Assembly: GCA_964247055.1 (NCBI GenBank)
Contig: OZ176056.1
Coordinates: 5,332,001 to 5,396,000, forward strand
Origin: Paragordius varius
Taxonomy: Eukaryota; Animalia; Nematomorpha
Direction of reading: 5' to 3'
Length of the DNA stretch: 64,000 nucleotides
Part shown: piece by piece, positions 42,027-55,035 of the stretch
Layout of the letters: every line of letters starts with the position of its first letter
How positions within the stretch are numbered: position 1 is the first letter of the stretch
Program-made: the position numbers and the translations under genes
Notes under the pieces: generated by a model
Seen by the model: only the letters and a program-made list of their open reading frames with translations
Told to the model about the DNA's origin: nothing
Databases searched by the model: none

Positions 42027-42724
42027 CTAAAGTTATTATGAAAAATAAAGTCTTAAATTTATATAATTATATTATAAATTATATCATTATAAGATTTCAA
42101 TTTTTCTGTAGGATATCTGATAAAAAATTGAAACTTTTTGCATTATCACTGGATTCACTGTTATTTTCTTTTGACACGAAAGATATTATTTTAAATGAAT
42201 AAATTTATATAATTATAATTATAAAATATATCAATATGAGGTTTCAATTTTCTTGTAGGATAACCCTTGCCTCTAAGTATGCAATTAAGCTATTACGCAT
42301 CATTCAGATAAATAGGCTGTTAAATATTCTTGCATTTTTTGAACAAAACACCGAATTCGTATGTTAAAATTGAAGAAAAAAATAATTATAGACATATCAT
42401 AATAAGTAGTTACAACAAAACCAATTTGTTTAATAATCTTTTTATGTTAAAATTAATATAAAATAGCCTACTAAATTTTTTTCGATATAGTGCCATACCG
42501 CTAATGATAACATTATTGCAATCAATAATTATTACTAAACTTAGAATGTGCTTTTAAATATACTAACAATATGTAGTGCCTCACCATTTATCAAATCATA
42601 AATAGTAAAAATTCTATGAGCTTTCAGACACTATAACTATTGATGATTTTAGTTACAATCCTTTTTTTTCAAAGAAAATTTGTATCAAAGATCTTGGCAA
42701 AAAATTAATTGAAAAAATAAATAC

Positions 42725-42787
42725 CAGAGATATTGCTAGGTTTTACACTCTCTCTAGGTTTCATATCAGATCCAGCATTTGTTTCTT
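42725..42787 (-). CDS. Micro-exon type B, 63 nt
   Basis: atctttag| (E)ETNAGSDMKPRESVKPSNIS |gtattt; the acceptor changed CAG>TAG but kept AG. Confidence 0.7.
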
Positions 42788-43998
42788 CTAAAGATTTTAA
42801 AATACATAATAATAATTATTATTCAATCAAATTAAATGCTAAATCGGTCATAAATGTATCATAATTTTCATTCAACTCACTAATTCTAAAATTTATCATA
42901 AACAGGTTAGTTGCACATTTAACCTAACAATCAAACTTTACAGTTGGGATTTATTATAAAACGTTAAATATTCAGTCAAAGATATCAATATATAGAGTCT
43001 TATATTTATTTGTTTTATAAGCGACTTTTACGGTCATGTCATCTAAGTTATTGTAAAATTATTTTTTTGTATTTGGGTATTGCCCTTATTGCTGATATTA
43101 CATCATATTTTTCTAAAATTGCTTATATATTAATTATGCTAAAAGAAAAATACGATTTTTTCTTCTAAGTTATTATCTGATAATATCATAATAATTTAAT
43201 ATCTCAAATTTATCATTTTATTTTTAATTATGGTTATTTTTCATTTTTTGCCTAATTTTGATTTTCTATCAATATTTGAAAAACTAAGTCGTTTATATAA
43301 AAATTTTCTGCAAAAAATTCGCTGGTTAGAACTTAATGGAAAAAAATAGATATAAAAATTGACCTTCTTTTTTACACACAGTGAAATAGTTGTTAACTAA
43401 TTTATATCTAAAATATTTTTAAAGATTAATATGCCGTAAATTGGCTTTTCGATTAGCAATCACAAGTTGGAAATAACTTTCTTAAATCTTGGGCCCTATA
43501 ACAATTTTCTTACATATTTTTACGAGATTGTATATCATAATTTTGTGTTTAAAAATTAAAAATTCGCATATAAAAGATTAAATTTGAGCCATGTCAAAAA
43601 TTAAATTATTTAGGCATGGGAATCATGTATTAAATATTACATTAAAATTATTTTTATTCAAAAAAAACGATTAATATATCTATAATCCAAACTTCTCAAA
43701 ACTTAATATAAAACAAATAGCCTACTAAAACTTTTTACGCTAATGATACCTATGAATTTTTACATAAATATTGTGCCATCAAAACACAAATGTCTATTTT
43801 GGCGAAAAATATAGTAGAATGTTTTTTTGAATTCAATATATATATTAAATAATTTTAATGGCTTAACATATCTCAAATTATAAATTTTAAAAATTGTATG
43901 ACCTCTAAAACACTGTAATTATGTTGATTTTAGTTGCAATCCTTTTTTAAGATAATTTGTGAGAAACAATCAAGAAAAATAATTAGATAACTATATAC

Positions 43999-44052
43999 CA
44001 GTGATATTCTTTGGTTTTACATTTTCTTCCATTCTAGATCCCTTTGTTACTT
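43999..44052 (-). CDS. Micro-exon type B, 54 nt
   Basis: aaatccag| (E)VTKGSRMEENVKPKNIT |gtatat. Confidence 0.7.
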
Positions 44053-44576
44053 CTGGATTTTATAATACATAATATAACTAATATATCTAAGTTAAATATT
44101 GCGAAATCGGTCATAAATGTAGTTTTTATAATTTTCATACAACCCACTAGATATCTCAATCGGAAAATATAGAATAACTCAAAATGATTTTTAGTAGTCG
44201 GCTATTTTTGACGAGTAAGTAAAGTGTGTGAACATCAGATGTTTAAATAATTCACATTTTTAAATTTAATGATTTGGCTACTTTTGAAAAAGCTTTCATA
44301 TAGTATATAAAATAAAGTGTAATAATCCCATAGGGGTACCGATGGGGGGGCAAGGGGGTGCATCATGCCCCGGGCACCGGGGGCGCCTAAATGATCATTT
44401 TAAATTAGTAAATTATTCAAAATAATTACAACTTTCAAGCAAATTTTTTCGCAAATTACGTAATAATACCTAAAATAATATGAAAATATAAATGAGATCA
44501 AGAACAAACATTATGCAAAAAACAACTTTCATGTAGGTATTCCCTTCAACATGTGAAAACTTATTTGTTCGCTTAA

Positions 44577-45143
44577 CACTTGAATACAACACATTCATTT
44601 TAGTCCTTAGATTCACATTGGGGTAGTGGGATACCCCTGGCTTGTTTAAAGTTAATTGCCTAAAAACTATCAATGGAATTGAAACCAAAAAGTTTGCACT
44701 TTTATAACATCAATGAACCGAAATATAAAAAAAATTATTCATAAATACTTGATACATATTTTAAGGTAAAACCCAAAGCTAAAAATCTAGTTAACGTGAC
44801 ATGTGTGTATTAGCAAAATTCAAAATAATAAATAAATAAACCACTTTTCTGTTTCTATCAATGTTAGATATGATTTAAATAAAAAATTAGCTTAAATATT
44901 AGCTTTAAAATTAAATAAACATGATATTTTGTAAAAACGTTGTAAAATAAAGAGGGCGTCGAACTAGTTTGATATGTAATTTTTTTTCAACATTAAATTT
45001 TATTTGATATCGGCTCATTTATATAATTTTTATTGATATAAAAGCAAAAATTTAAATTATAACCGTTTCGTTCAGTAGTTTTTTAAAAATATCAACTTAA
45101 ATATAGTTAGGGATATTTAGATTCCCCAATTTGGATCGAAGTG
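44577..45143. mobile_element. ~567-bp MITE nested in hAT-2
   Basis: gcTTAA|CACTTGAATACAA ... TTGGATCGAAGTG|tttaa; same family as the copies in hAT-1 but at an independent site. Confidence 0.75.
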
Positions 45144-45660
45144 TTTAACGTTTCTTTATCACGCGCATATTCTTAATTCTTTTATTGCTTTTAATAAAAT
45201 TTTCTTCTCCCTCTTCAAAACATATCTTCTATTCTTATAATTATAATTACATTTTTATTTTAATCATATTCAATTTTACAACCCAATTTTATTTATTTAA
45301 ATCCCCAAGATGATTCCATCTCTAACAAGATAGGTTTTTATTATTAATATAGCCTTGTATTTTTTATAATTCCTTCATTTTCATCAGATATAACTGCCTA
45401 AACTCAGCGGTTACGCAAATAGGAGACCAAAAATCCAGGAGAATAAAACAAATAAAATGCGAATGAGTATGAATTTAACGGAAATATTAAATATAACATT
45501 GAAAAAAGTGTATACGACACAAACATAACGGTATTCCTTATAATAATAACTTTAATACACTTGAAACCCTAGTTATTGATCCAATAAATATACAAATATA
45601 CCACTAGTAATTCCAAGCGCTATACCTACAGAGTTTTGTGATGTCGCATTTTAAAAATTT

Positions 45661-46160
45661 CCTAATAATAATGTTCCCGTAATATCTGATCCACTTCGCA
45701 CAGAAAGGATTATTCGTGGATCTCAAAGATTTCAGAATAAATGCAATCTCTTTAAAACAAAAAATCATCGTTCAATGCCCCAATCTTGTTTTTTTCCACA
45801 TGTCGGTAAAAAAGAAGGATTTGAAGTTGAGAGGTCTTAACTTTTCATTCACCAAAGAACAGATCTGGGTATTGTTTTAGATGCCTACTTTTTGATCGAC
45901 CTAATTCCATCACCTTTTATAACTCCGCATGGTTTTAATAAATGGAGGGGAAAATCAATCCATCATCAAATAGCCTCAATGATCGGGAAGCATTTACTTG
46001 GAAAGAGGCAGAAAGAAGATTGATAAATACAGGAATCGATTCTGCTCTAGAAACTCATATACAATCGGAAAAGGATCTCTGGTGAAATATTTTTCATCGA
46101 ATATTGGCCTCCATGAAATTTCTAATCACCCAATATTTCCCTTTTAGAGGACATGTTCAA
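45661..46160 (+). pseudogene. hAT transposase N-terminal remnant (TTF-type zinc finger into the FRGH region)
   Basis: Across frameshifts reads ERS*L..SPKNRSGYCFRCLLF..GFNKW..WKEAERRLINTGIDSALETHIQSEKDLW*NIFHRILASMKFLITQYFPFRGH, motifs typical of ZMYM1-like hAT transposases. Confidence 0.8.
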
Positions 46161-46741
46161 ATTATAATGTACTTATCTATGGTGTTAAAGTTGCAACGTT
46201 TGTATTTTTTCAATAGATTTTTTTATTGGCTTTCAAAAAGAGGGGGCGCCATAAGAGTTTTATGCCCCGGGCGACACAAATGCTCGGTACGCCACTGAAT
46301 AATCCATCAGATTAAAATAATCAAATTAAATTTAATTTTTTGAATATAATCGATTAAAAAATTTAAAAATCATTTTTCAAACTTGGCCTCATCGGAAATA
46401 ATATGTTTGGAAAATTATTCTACATAAAATGATAGTTACAATTTCATCTAACAAGCAAATACAATTTGAGGTTTATAATTATCAATCCATTTAAAGAGAA
46501 TCTTATGTTATTTGTTTTCTAAGCAGTGACTTTTAAGTTCATATCATCTAAGTTTACTGTAAAATAATTTTTTGGATTTGGGCACCACTGCCCTTATTTT
46601 GGTTTTATGTTACATTTCAGAATAAGACCATAAATATGATAATATAAATAAAAAATTAATTAGACAATGTTACTCTAATTTATATTGAACCATTAATATA
46701 AGAAATATAACTTTTAGCTATTATACGAAAAAAAAATATAC

Positions 46742-46795
46742 CAATTGTATTAGTATTATTGTTAGCAGGAACATTGCCCATGTTGTCTTCGGAAT
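46742..46795 (-). CDS. Micro-exon type A, 54 nt
   Basis: atttgaag| (D)SEDNMGNVPANNNTNTI |gtatat. Confidence 0.7.
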
Positions 46796-47827
46796 CTTCA
46801 AATAATATTTAGAGTAAAGTATTTAATATTTTACACTGTTATATGAATAAAACATCATTAGTAAAATGCAAGGTGTAATATTTATCTGAATATATTGCAA
46901 AAAGGGTTGTGCAGTTAAAATATGCCCTTATAGCCTCACACAGTGGCGGAACTATAAGTTGTGAGCCACCCCGCAAGCTTTAAATACTGGCCAACCTTTG
47001 CCCCCAAAAAAATCGTATGAAGTTATCTTTTGACCTGGCGCCTCACTTAGATTCCTAAACATATATTTAAATCCTACTATGAAGACTAAATTCCTAATTC
47101 ATAAATGGGACAGCTTGTTAAGTGAAGCTTTCTTTAATTCGCCATATTCGTTGATATAAACACATTGTCAACATATGCGTAGAATACGGGCCTATCTAGG
47201 AATAGCAGCGGGGAAACTGCTTAAATATAAATTAATTGCTAAATATTATTTTTTAGAATTCGGATAAATAAATTTTGACATTTGTTTAGTCAGAATAAAT
47301 TATTTTTTATGATAATATGGTTTTTTGATATTATAAAAACAGGGCTTTGAACCGGTCTAAAAAAGTGGAATTAGAACCGGGCTTTAATTTCAAAATGAAT
47401 CGCTTCCTAAAACAGCAACAGGTTCCAATACAACTTGATAAATATGAAATAAGATTGATTAAATTGAACATTATGCGGACCGCCAAGTTTTTAAATTTTA
47501 AGAATGGCCCATTAAAATTGCTGATCACTGTTTAAGTGTGTGATGAAAGTTTATCGAAAATTTGTTAACTAAAGATAAATTTCAAAATAACATGAATCAA
47601 AGGTTAAAAACATTAGAAAAATAATGCACATTTGTATACCAGAAAACATATGTTAGCCAATTGACTTAATAATAAAATATGTGAAATAACAATAATTCTG
47701 TTAAAATTTAATGAATGTCCTTCAGGATTGCATTACAAAACATTTTTTACAATAAAGTTATTTCTCATACAATGTTGTAAAATGAATTGACCCACATTAA
47801 TGTGGTTGGCCTGCATAAATTGCATAT

Positions 47828-50520
47828 TCCATCCAACGCGCTTTAGGGCGCCCTTTCCCCTCTTGCCTTTCACAATATAATCATCAATCTGTTTACCAAT
47901 GTAAATATTAGCTCTTCTTTTAACATGTCCGAACCATCTAAAACGATTTACCATAAACTTTTGCGTTATTGGTTTGATTTCCGTACTTCCTCTTATGTAG
48001 ACATTCTTCACCTTGTCATTCCTCGTTACACCGCACATCAATCTAAGCATTCTCATTTCAGTAACCTCCAAGTTCTCTTCTGATTTCTTTATTGCCCATG
48101 TCTGTGAGTTGTACATCATTTTTGGCTGTACAACAGCACTGTAAATCTGACCCTTTACTTTTAGGTCAATATTTTTGTCACACAAAACCTATGAGATCTT
48201 TTTATAATTTGCCCAATTATTTCGAATTCTTAAATTAATATCAAGTGTTAAAGAACCATCTGCTGCTAAAATCGCTCCTAAATATTTGCATTCCTCCTGT
48301 TTAATACCCACCCTTCTTCTAATTCTATTTCTCGTTTTTTCCCGCCAAAATTTATCAGTTCTGTTTTCTTTTTATTAACTTTTAATCCGCATCGTCGTAA
48401 CATATCAATCCATTTACCCACCAATTCTTTCAATTCATGCAACTCGTCGGACAGCCTTATTAGGTCGTCTGCATAAAGAAAATATAGCCACCATGTTGCC
48501 CCAGTTCTTTTGAAATTTGGTCTAAGCATATTATAAATAGTAACGGGCTGATTGCAGACACCTGATAGACCCCTTCGTTTATTTTAATAGAACCTGATAC
48601 TCCCTGGTGTGTTTTAATTTTGGTTTGGGAATCGTACATGCATTTTAAAATCTTTTTGTACCTTTCAGGGACGTTTTTCCGTCTTAAGCTCCACCATATT
48701 GTGCTCCGTGGTATTCTGTCAAAAGCCTTTTCAATATCAATACAAATACCATGCAACTCCTTTTTCATTTCTATATGCTTCTCGATTAGCCTTCTTACTG
48801 CGATCGGATCAATGGTGGACTTTCCTGAAAAAAACCGAATTGATTACCCTCTATACTAACCATTTTTCTCATTCTTTTCTCTAGTACTTTCTCAAATAAC
48901 TTCATTGTATGCGACATCTCTAATTATTACAATCATTAATATCTCCTTTACCCTTGAAAATGGGAACAGTGAAACTCTTCTTCCATTCGGTTGGTATCAT
49001 GCCTGTAGTTACTACATTATTAAAAATATCCGTCAAAAATTCAATACCTTTCTCTGACATTATTTTCCAACAGTTTATGTTATTATCGTCCGGACCTGCA
49101 GCCTTATTTATTGACATCTCTTTCAAACCAGTCTGGACTTCTTCTTTTGTTATACTTTCAATATGCGCAGATATATAATCTGGTGTTTCAGGAATTTGTT
49201 TCACTGACGCCCAATTCAAGCTCCTGGAAGTATTCTTTCCACCTTTTCAATATTTTCGATTCCTCAACGAGTAATTTGCCGTTTTTATCTTTAATAGCTG
49301 TCCCGTAAGGGGGCAAGTCTAGCTTTCTTCTGTGTCTTTGTCGAGCAATTTTAAAAACTTTGTTTAGATCTTGCTTACTGTTTACCTCTTTATATAATGA
49401 TGAAGTCTTATCTTTTTTGACCCATTTTACAAGCCTTTTAAGTTCCTTATTAATCCTTTTACATTTTTCCTTGTCTCCTGCTTGGTGGGTAAACCTCCAC
49501 ACAAAAGCTTTATTTCAGCCATGCCTCTCTATAAACCTGATTTCTGCCACCTTTCATCCCGCACACCTTAACTCCCGCCTTCATATTTTTCTTGCCACCT
49601 GAGATCAAACACTTTTTAAATCACTGTTCCTGTCTACTATGCCTACCGTTTCTACAAATCTCTCTTTACTGTTTCTTAGGGATTCCCATTTAATTACTTT
49701 CGTCGCTATAAACTTAGGCTTTTCGGCATTTATTGGTATATCTGTCATATATTTACACATAATTAAATTATGTTGTGTGCTAATCTGCAGGTTAGGTATG
49801 ACTTCGCAACTTTAAAGACTGTCGTGGCAATAGAATATAATCCATTTGTAACTTCTTATTTCCACTTTCGTAGGTAATTAAGTGGCTATCCCTTTTAGTG
49901 TATTTGCTATAGCAATGTTATAGGATTGGGCAAATTTTAATAAACTAGCCCCTTCTTCATTTATGACCCCGTAACCATTTCCGCCGTGCCAAGGCTCAAA
50001 CCTCTCCTATTTTGTCCCACGTGCTTATTGAAATCACCACAAAATATGATTTCTTTGTCTTTCGTTAATGAGGTCATTTCTGCGTCTAATAAATCATAAA
50101 ATTTATCTTTCTCCGGTTTAGCTAACCCTATCTGGGGGGCCTAAACGCTAAAGATAGTAAAAACCCTCTTATTTAACAATAGGTCGACACTCATAATTCT
50201 ACTGTCAGCACGTCTAACCTCAATTACTTGATTGGCAAATCATGAACACACCATTATGGCGACCCTACTGTAACCATCCGTAGAACGTGAATAAAACATT
50301 TTATATTTATCCTCTAATGTCTTAGTACCATTTCCACGGTATCTGGTCTCTTGAATGCCCAAAAAATTTACTTTTTTACCCTCATAATTTAACTAAATCA
50401 TATTACTTACTTTTTAACGAACCAACATTTATACTGGCAAAACACACTCTACAACATTCCTTATCCCTATTGACCCCTACCTCCGTGCAATGGCTGGATC
50501 TGGCCTGCACGCCTTACAAA
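47828..50520 (-). mobile_element. Decayed non-LTR retrotransposon (RTE-like; APE endonuclease + reverse transcriptase)
   Basis: Endonuclease motifs SINVGSL, GIQETR, SV*APQ, GDFNKHVG. RT motifs IDIEKAFDRI, AISPLLF, YADD. C-terminal TEMRMLRLMCGVTRNDKVKN and RFRWFGHVKR. Many stops and frameshifts; the 5' boundary is approximate. Confidence 0.9.
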
Positions 50521-51131
50521 AAACACCCATAAAGAACAAAAATACAATATAGAAGAATAATAATAGATAAAAATAAAAACTAAAATATATAGGAACTAAT
50601 ATGTAAATGCAACCAAAAAAGAATCAAAAAATTTGAACCAAAAAATAAAAAAATACATAAATAAATTATATCAATAAATAAAAATGAAATTAAATACGCA
50701 TCTTTACAACTGAGGAATTAGAATTATGATTTGGAATTTGTAATAATAAAACAAAAAATAGAAAAATTATAAGAAAAATATTATAAAGGTAATTACGCGC
50801 CATTTTTGAATGAATGTCTCAGTAATATATAAAATTATCCATCAGATCGATATAATTAAAAATATTATATATAATTTAGTATCTTAAAGATAATTAGACT
50901 TTAATCAAAATTTAATTATTTGGAGTGAAAAAAGTCATTTATCAAATTTCTATGCATTGGAGTCTAAATATATATTTGCAAAATTTATTAACAGGTTAGA
51001 TAAACATTTGGCCTGACAACCAACTTTACAATTGGCGGTAATTAAAATTAATTAGTCATTGTTACTCTAAATTATAATAAACCATTGATATAAAAATTAT
51101 AACTTTATGCTATTATATAAAAAAAATATAC

Positions 51132-51197
51132 CAATTGGATTAGTGTCATTGTTAGCAGGCGCAACCTTAGATGGACTCGCAATGTTTCCTTTGGAAT
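51132..51197 (-). CDS. Micro-exon type A, 66 nt
   Basis: tatttaag| (D)SKGNIASPSKVAPANNDTNPI |gtatat. Confidence 0.7.
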
Positions 51198-52035
51198 CTT
51201 AAATATTAGTTAGAGTGAAATAATTAATAATTTACATCGTTATATTAATAGAACATTATTAATAAAATGCGAGGTCTATTGAAGAATATATTGCAAAAAA
51301 GGGTTTTGCAGTCAAAAATTATACCCTTATAGCCTCATAATCAATCGTTATTTTCTTGTTTTATAATTCAGCGTTTTTATAATTGAGAAAATATTCTTGA
51401 TTGGGTAAATTATAAATTAATCGGAATATCAATCAAACTTTTTCAAATGTTCGGGAAAACGTTTTGATTGACTGGGAAAACGTTTAGTTCGGTTAGAAAA
51501 TTTCGATTCATATGATTATTAAACAAAATATATGAATAACAGTATGATTACACATTTATTTTATGAACTAGATTTTATCACTATATTTGGGAGTCGACTA
51601 ATCTAAACTTTGTTTTAGATATCAAAACAGGGGATTAATTACTTTACGGTGTAATTTATTTTGGGTTTAGAGCATTTTTAACATTATGCACCTACTAAAT
51701 TAATATACAATGGTGTTAGTTCTTGCCAAAATTCCGAAATATCAAATTGTTTTAGAGAAGCAATATTATTTTAATGTTAAAGCTAAAAAATGGTAAGGAG
51801 ACCGATGGATAATGGGCCGTGTTTTTAACACCCTCTGTAATGTACTACCTTAATTGTGAAATTTCGAAATAGGAAAATTGTTTTAGGGCAGCAATATTAT
51901 TTAATGTCAAAGCTATAGAAATGGTTAGGAAACCGATGGATAATATGCCGTGTTTTTAACACTCTGTGTAATGTACTACCTTATTTGTTTTATTTGGCAT
52001 TCTCACATGATTAGGAATTATAAAGTATATAATTT

Positions 52036-52185
52036 ATGCAAAATAGGAGATAAAAGTAGAGGAATATCAACCAAAAATCCTTACGATTTCCTGTAACAAG
52101 TCTGTTTTATGACAAATTAATATATTTGTATTGGAATTGGTACGGATTGTTGGTTGATATTCCACTATACAATCCTATTTTGCAT
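52036..52185. repeat. 150-bp hairpin/MITE-like element with ~50-bp inverted arms
   Basis: atgcaaaatagga...ggaatatcaacc pairs with ggttgatattcc...tcctattttgcat; homologues at 57587-57735 and inverted at ~58745-58840. Confidence 0.6.
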
Positions 52186-52932
52186 GAATCCCTCATTTAA
52201 GAATCCGAATAAACACTCAAAATTTTTATACACTCATGAACCAGATGACAAAAAAAGCAAAAATAAAAAACAATATTTTTGGTTTTATTTTGATATAGAA
52301 GTTTATTTTTTTGAATAAAACATGAATGTTAAGATTTTAATATTGAGTTAAAAAATATTAAAAAAATTATTTTAATATAGTTTCATTAAATTTTTAGTAT
52401 TTTAGGTGTGAAAAAAGAAAAACGCCATCTTTTTACCTGAAATTTTATAGAAACCTTAACTATATGATTTTAGGCTATTTATATATATTGAAATTATCTC
52501 TTAAAATGATAATAAACGATATTATTTCACATCATTATTTTTTGAAACCGATTTCGATTTTCTCTCAATCTAGTTTGACAACAAATAAAAATTTTTGCGG
52601 CAAATAAATACGATGGTCAAAGCTATCTTATAAAAAAAAATTTTTTCGTTAAAAATTTTTTTGCACACAGTATATATATATATATATTTTCGTCTTTAAT
52701 TGCAATTTATTGATTTCTTAATCAGAAACCAACAAATAAAGTGGTAATGAGCGATAAACTAAAAAATTATAACTTCTATGATAAATTTTTTAATAAAAAG
52801 TTAGTAGATATTTGGACTGCAAATACTAGGTAAATGTTATTATCAAATGATATTAAATTAATGCGAAATCATTAAAAAATTTATAAATGCAAAGATATGT
52901 AAAATATAAAATGTCTATGAATGTCTTTATAC

Positions 52933-52971
52933 CCATTCCACTTCCTAATGCTGGAGTTGTTACTTCAGGCA
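52933..52971 (-). CDS. B-related micro-exon, 39 nt
   Basis: aaaaacag| (V)PEVTTPALGSGM |gtataa; read-through would add GIKTFIDILYFTYLCIYKFFNDFALI* ending at 52853. Confidence 0.6.
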
Positions 52972-53188
52972 CTGTTTTTATAAAAATATTTTGGAAATTA
53001 ATTATAAAATCTACAAATTTGAATTTTGATTAAATTTAACATAAATTAATAAAAATTTGTCATTTTAAACAATAAAATATCATATTACAATTCTTAGATT
53101 AATAATATACAGAACAAATGGAACAATATTAGGTATATATTAGCCATTTAATTTAGAAACGAGATGTTTTAAGAGTATTTTATTACAT

Positions 53189-53225
<37 letters not shown>

Positions 53226-54801
53226 AAAATCTTTATATATGCATTTTTAAGCGACCTATCTTGATTTATTAAAATATCAGGAATAATATCAATTATGTAA
53301 GATTGTGGTTATACAACCTTTTTTTGCGAATGGTGTTATAAAAATGTATATGACGTTAAACCATTTAAATTTGTTTATATTATATTTTTATAAATATTTT
53401 TCTTTAATTTAATATGAGTTATATATATATATATATACATACATACAAATATTGGTTTAATCAAATTTTGTATATTTTCACTTTTGTCTCAATAATTTCA
53501 ATATGATCACTACAACATTTTGATAATGTTTTTCACATTTTTTATACCTTATGTTTAACGTGGAGGCAGGGGCCGAAAAATGTCGCAATGTAAATGTTGA
53601 TCGTTAAGAAATAAGATATATAGATCAACTATGACGCTAAAAATATAAATTTTTTAGGCATTCAATAGACGAATTACCATGGAAATGGTACCAAAACTTT
53701 ATAGGGTAGATTTGCAATCAGTTTTTAGGATGTATTTACATTAGCGTGATGATATAGGAGGTAGGGCGACTGACTCATACACTGTGTGCCAGAGTTATCA
53801 CCCCTAAACTACGCATTTCCATCATCACTGTCAGCCCTTTGTAAACGAGTGTTAATACAATTTAAATCCTTACCCTTTATAAAAAGGGAAAAAAGAGATT
53901 CTAAACAGTATATTTTTTTATATTTTATTTATATTATGTGATTCCCAAATTTTTCGGTTTTAATGCTGCTGTTACACATTGCATGTTTCTCAAATAAGTT
54001 TCAATTGATACTACATTAAATTATATCACGGTACGCAACAAAAATAAATGTTAATGATGTATTCGATATCTAAAAGCCTCAGGATAATAATATTATATAT
54101 GGGGTAAAATACTAAAATAAAGTCAAATTTTTTCTCTTTTTAGCCATAATTAAAAAATGGCATTTTTATTGCCTTAACGTCTAGTATAATTTAATACAAT
54201 AGATGAAAACACCAAAAATTAATTCTAATATAAAATTTTAAACGAAAATTATCATAAAGATTTTACATTTTTTTCGGAGTGCCTCAGAAAGTCTTATAAG
54301 AATATGAGCTAAAAATCGCGATTTGGCGTCATACTGGCATTAAACTTGTTAATATGCGGTAAAAGATTTTGATATTTATTAAAACAATCTTATAGTTATA
54401 TATAAAGTTTAACCAAATATAGCCTTTAAAAAAGTTTAAACCTTATATAAAAAAGATATTTTTTGAACGTGTCAATGTGCAATTTTTTAGCTAATTATAA
54501 ATCTTTAAGGTCCTCCGATAAAATTAGAAATTTTATTGATAATATTTTGCGTTTGAAAATATCCTTATATAGTAAAAATATAAAATTTAGTTGATGGGCT
54601 TTCATCTATAAAATTTAATTTTATTTGACAGGTTCATAAAGCCTAATACTTATTAAATAACCTTTTTTAAGTATTTATTCGCATTCAGTAATTTAATATT
54701 TATTACACCGAAACTTTTAGCTATCGAATGGTATATGATTCATTATCCTTTATTTTTGGACCCTTTTTTGCCGCATACTATATTTAAATAAATTAAATCA
54801 C

Positions 54802-55035
54802 CTGTAATATTAGCTTCACCGTAATACACAGTATTACCAAATTCTGAAGAGACAATTATGGTTACATTGATGAGTCCAATCATATCGGTAATTATAGTAA
54901 CACTAGTCGCATTCAGATTGGTATACAAAATTTTTCCTTCCCTGCTTACATTATACAATGATATCCCATCATTCGATTCCCAATCCAATTTGATAGAGGA
55001 GTCATTATTTATGGTCCAGTTTATTGGGAAAGTTA
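54802..55035 (-). CDS. Divergent FN3-like beta-sandwich exon, 234 nt, phase 1-1
   Basis: tatttcag| (V)TFPINWTINNDSSIKLDWESNDGISLYNVSREGKILYTNLNATSVTIITDMIGLINVTIIVSSEFGNTVYYGEANIT |gtgatt; SIxLxW, YxV and TSVTI pattern; six N-glycosylation sequons. Confidence 0.75.

Larger units (their letters stand above)
44329..46297 (+). mobile_element. hAT-2: internally deleted hAT transposon (1969 bp)
   Basis: Perfect 8-bp TSD AATAATCC (44321-44328, 46298-46305). TIRs CATAGGGGTACCGA / TCGGTACGCCACTG match at 11/14. The empty site gtgtaataatccatcagatt occurs in other units. Contains a transposase remnant. Confidence 0.9.
1..47827. repeat. Degenerate tandem array of a ~2.2-2.5 kb unit (up to ~4-5 kb with insertions) carrying micro-exons
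   Basis: The same ordered blocks recur many times (ctaccaattgg, gcctctaagtatgc, gtgcctcaacatatc, ctcaatcggaaaat, atcaatccatttaaagag, cccttatagcctca). B-type exon homologues occur at 13 positions in this span. The array reappears at ~50830-52000 and 61245-64000. Confidence 0.9.

Noticed and set aside
47331-47528. Peptide ending IGTCCCFRKRFILKLKPGSNSTFLDRFKALFL as a palmitoylated cytoplasmic tail
   Set aside because: It lies inside hAT-1, has no preceding TM segment or splice acceptor, and the frame is not kept among copies. A faint FSKxK likeness to the hAT dimerisation domain was too weak to call.
973-47535. Short 60-95 aa ORFs of the six-frame track in the repeat array as stand-alone genes
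   Set aside because: They have the F/I/L/K/N-rich composition expected from AT-rich non-coding DNA, and their frames are broken in most paralogous units. They recur only because the DNA is duplicated.
54743-54801. 24-nt intron (gtgatt...aatatag) giving a VCGKKGSKNKG* terminus after the FN3-like exon
   Set aside because: The two paralogous exons share the donor but not this AG or tail, so a longer intron is more parsimonious.
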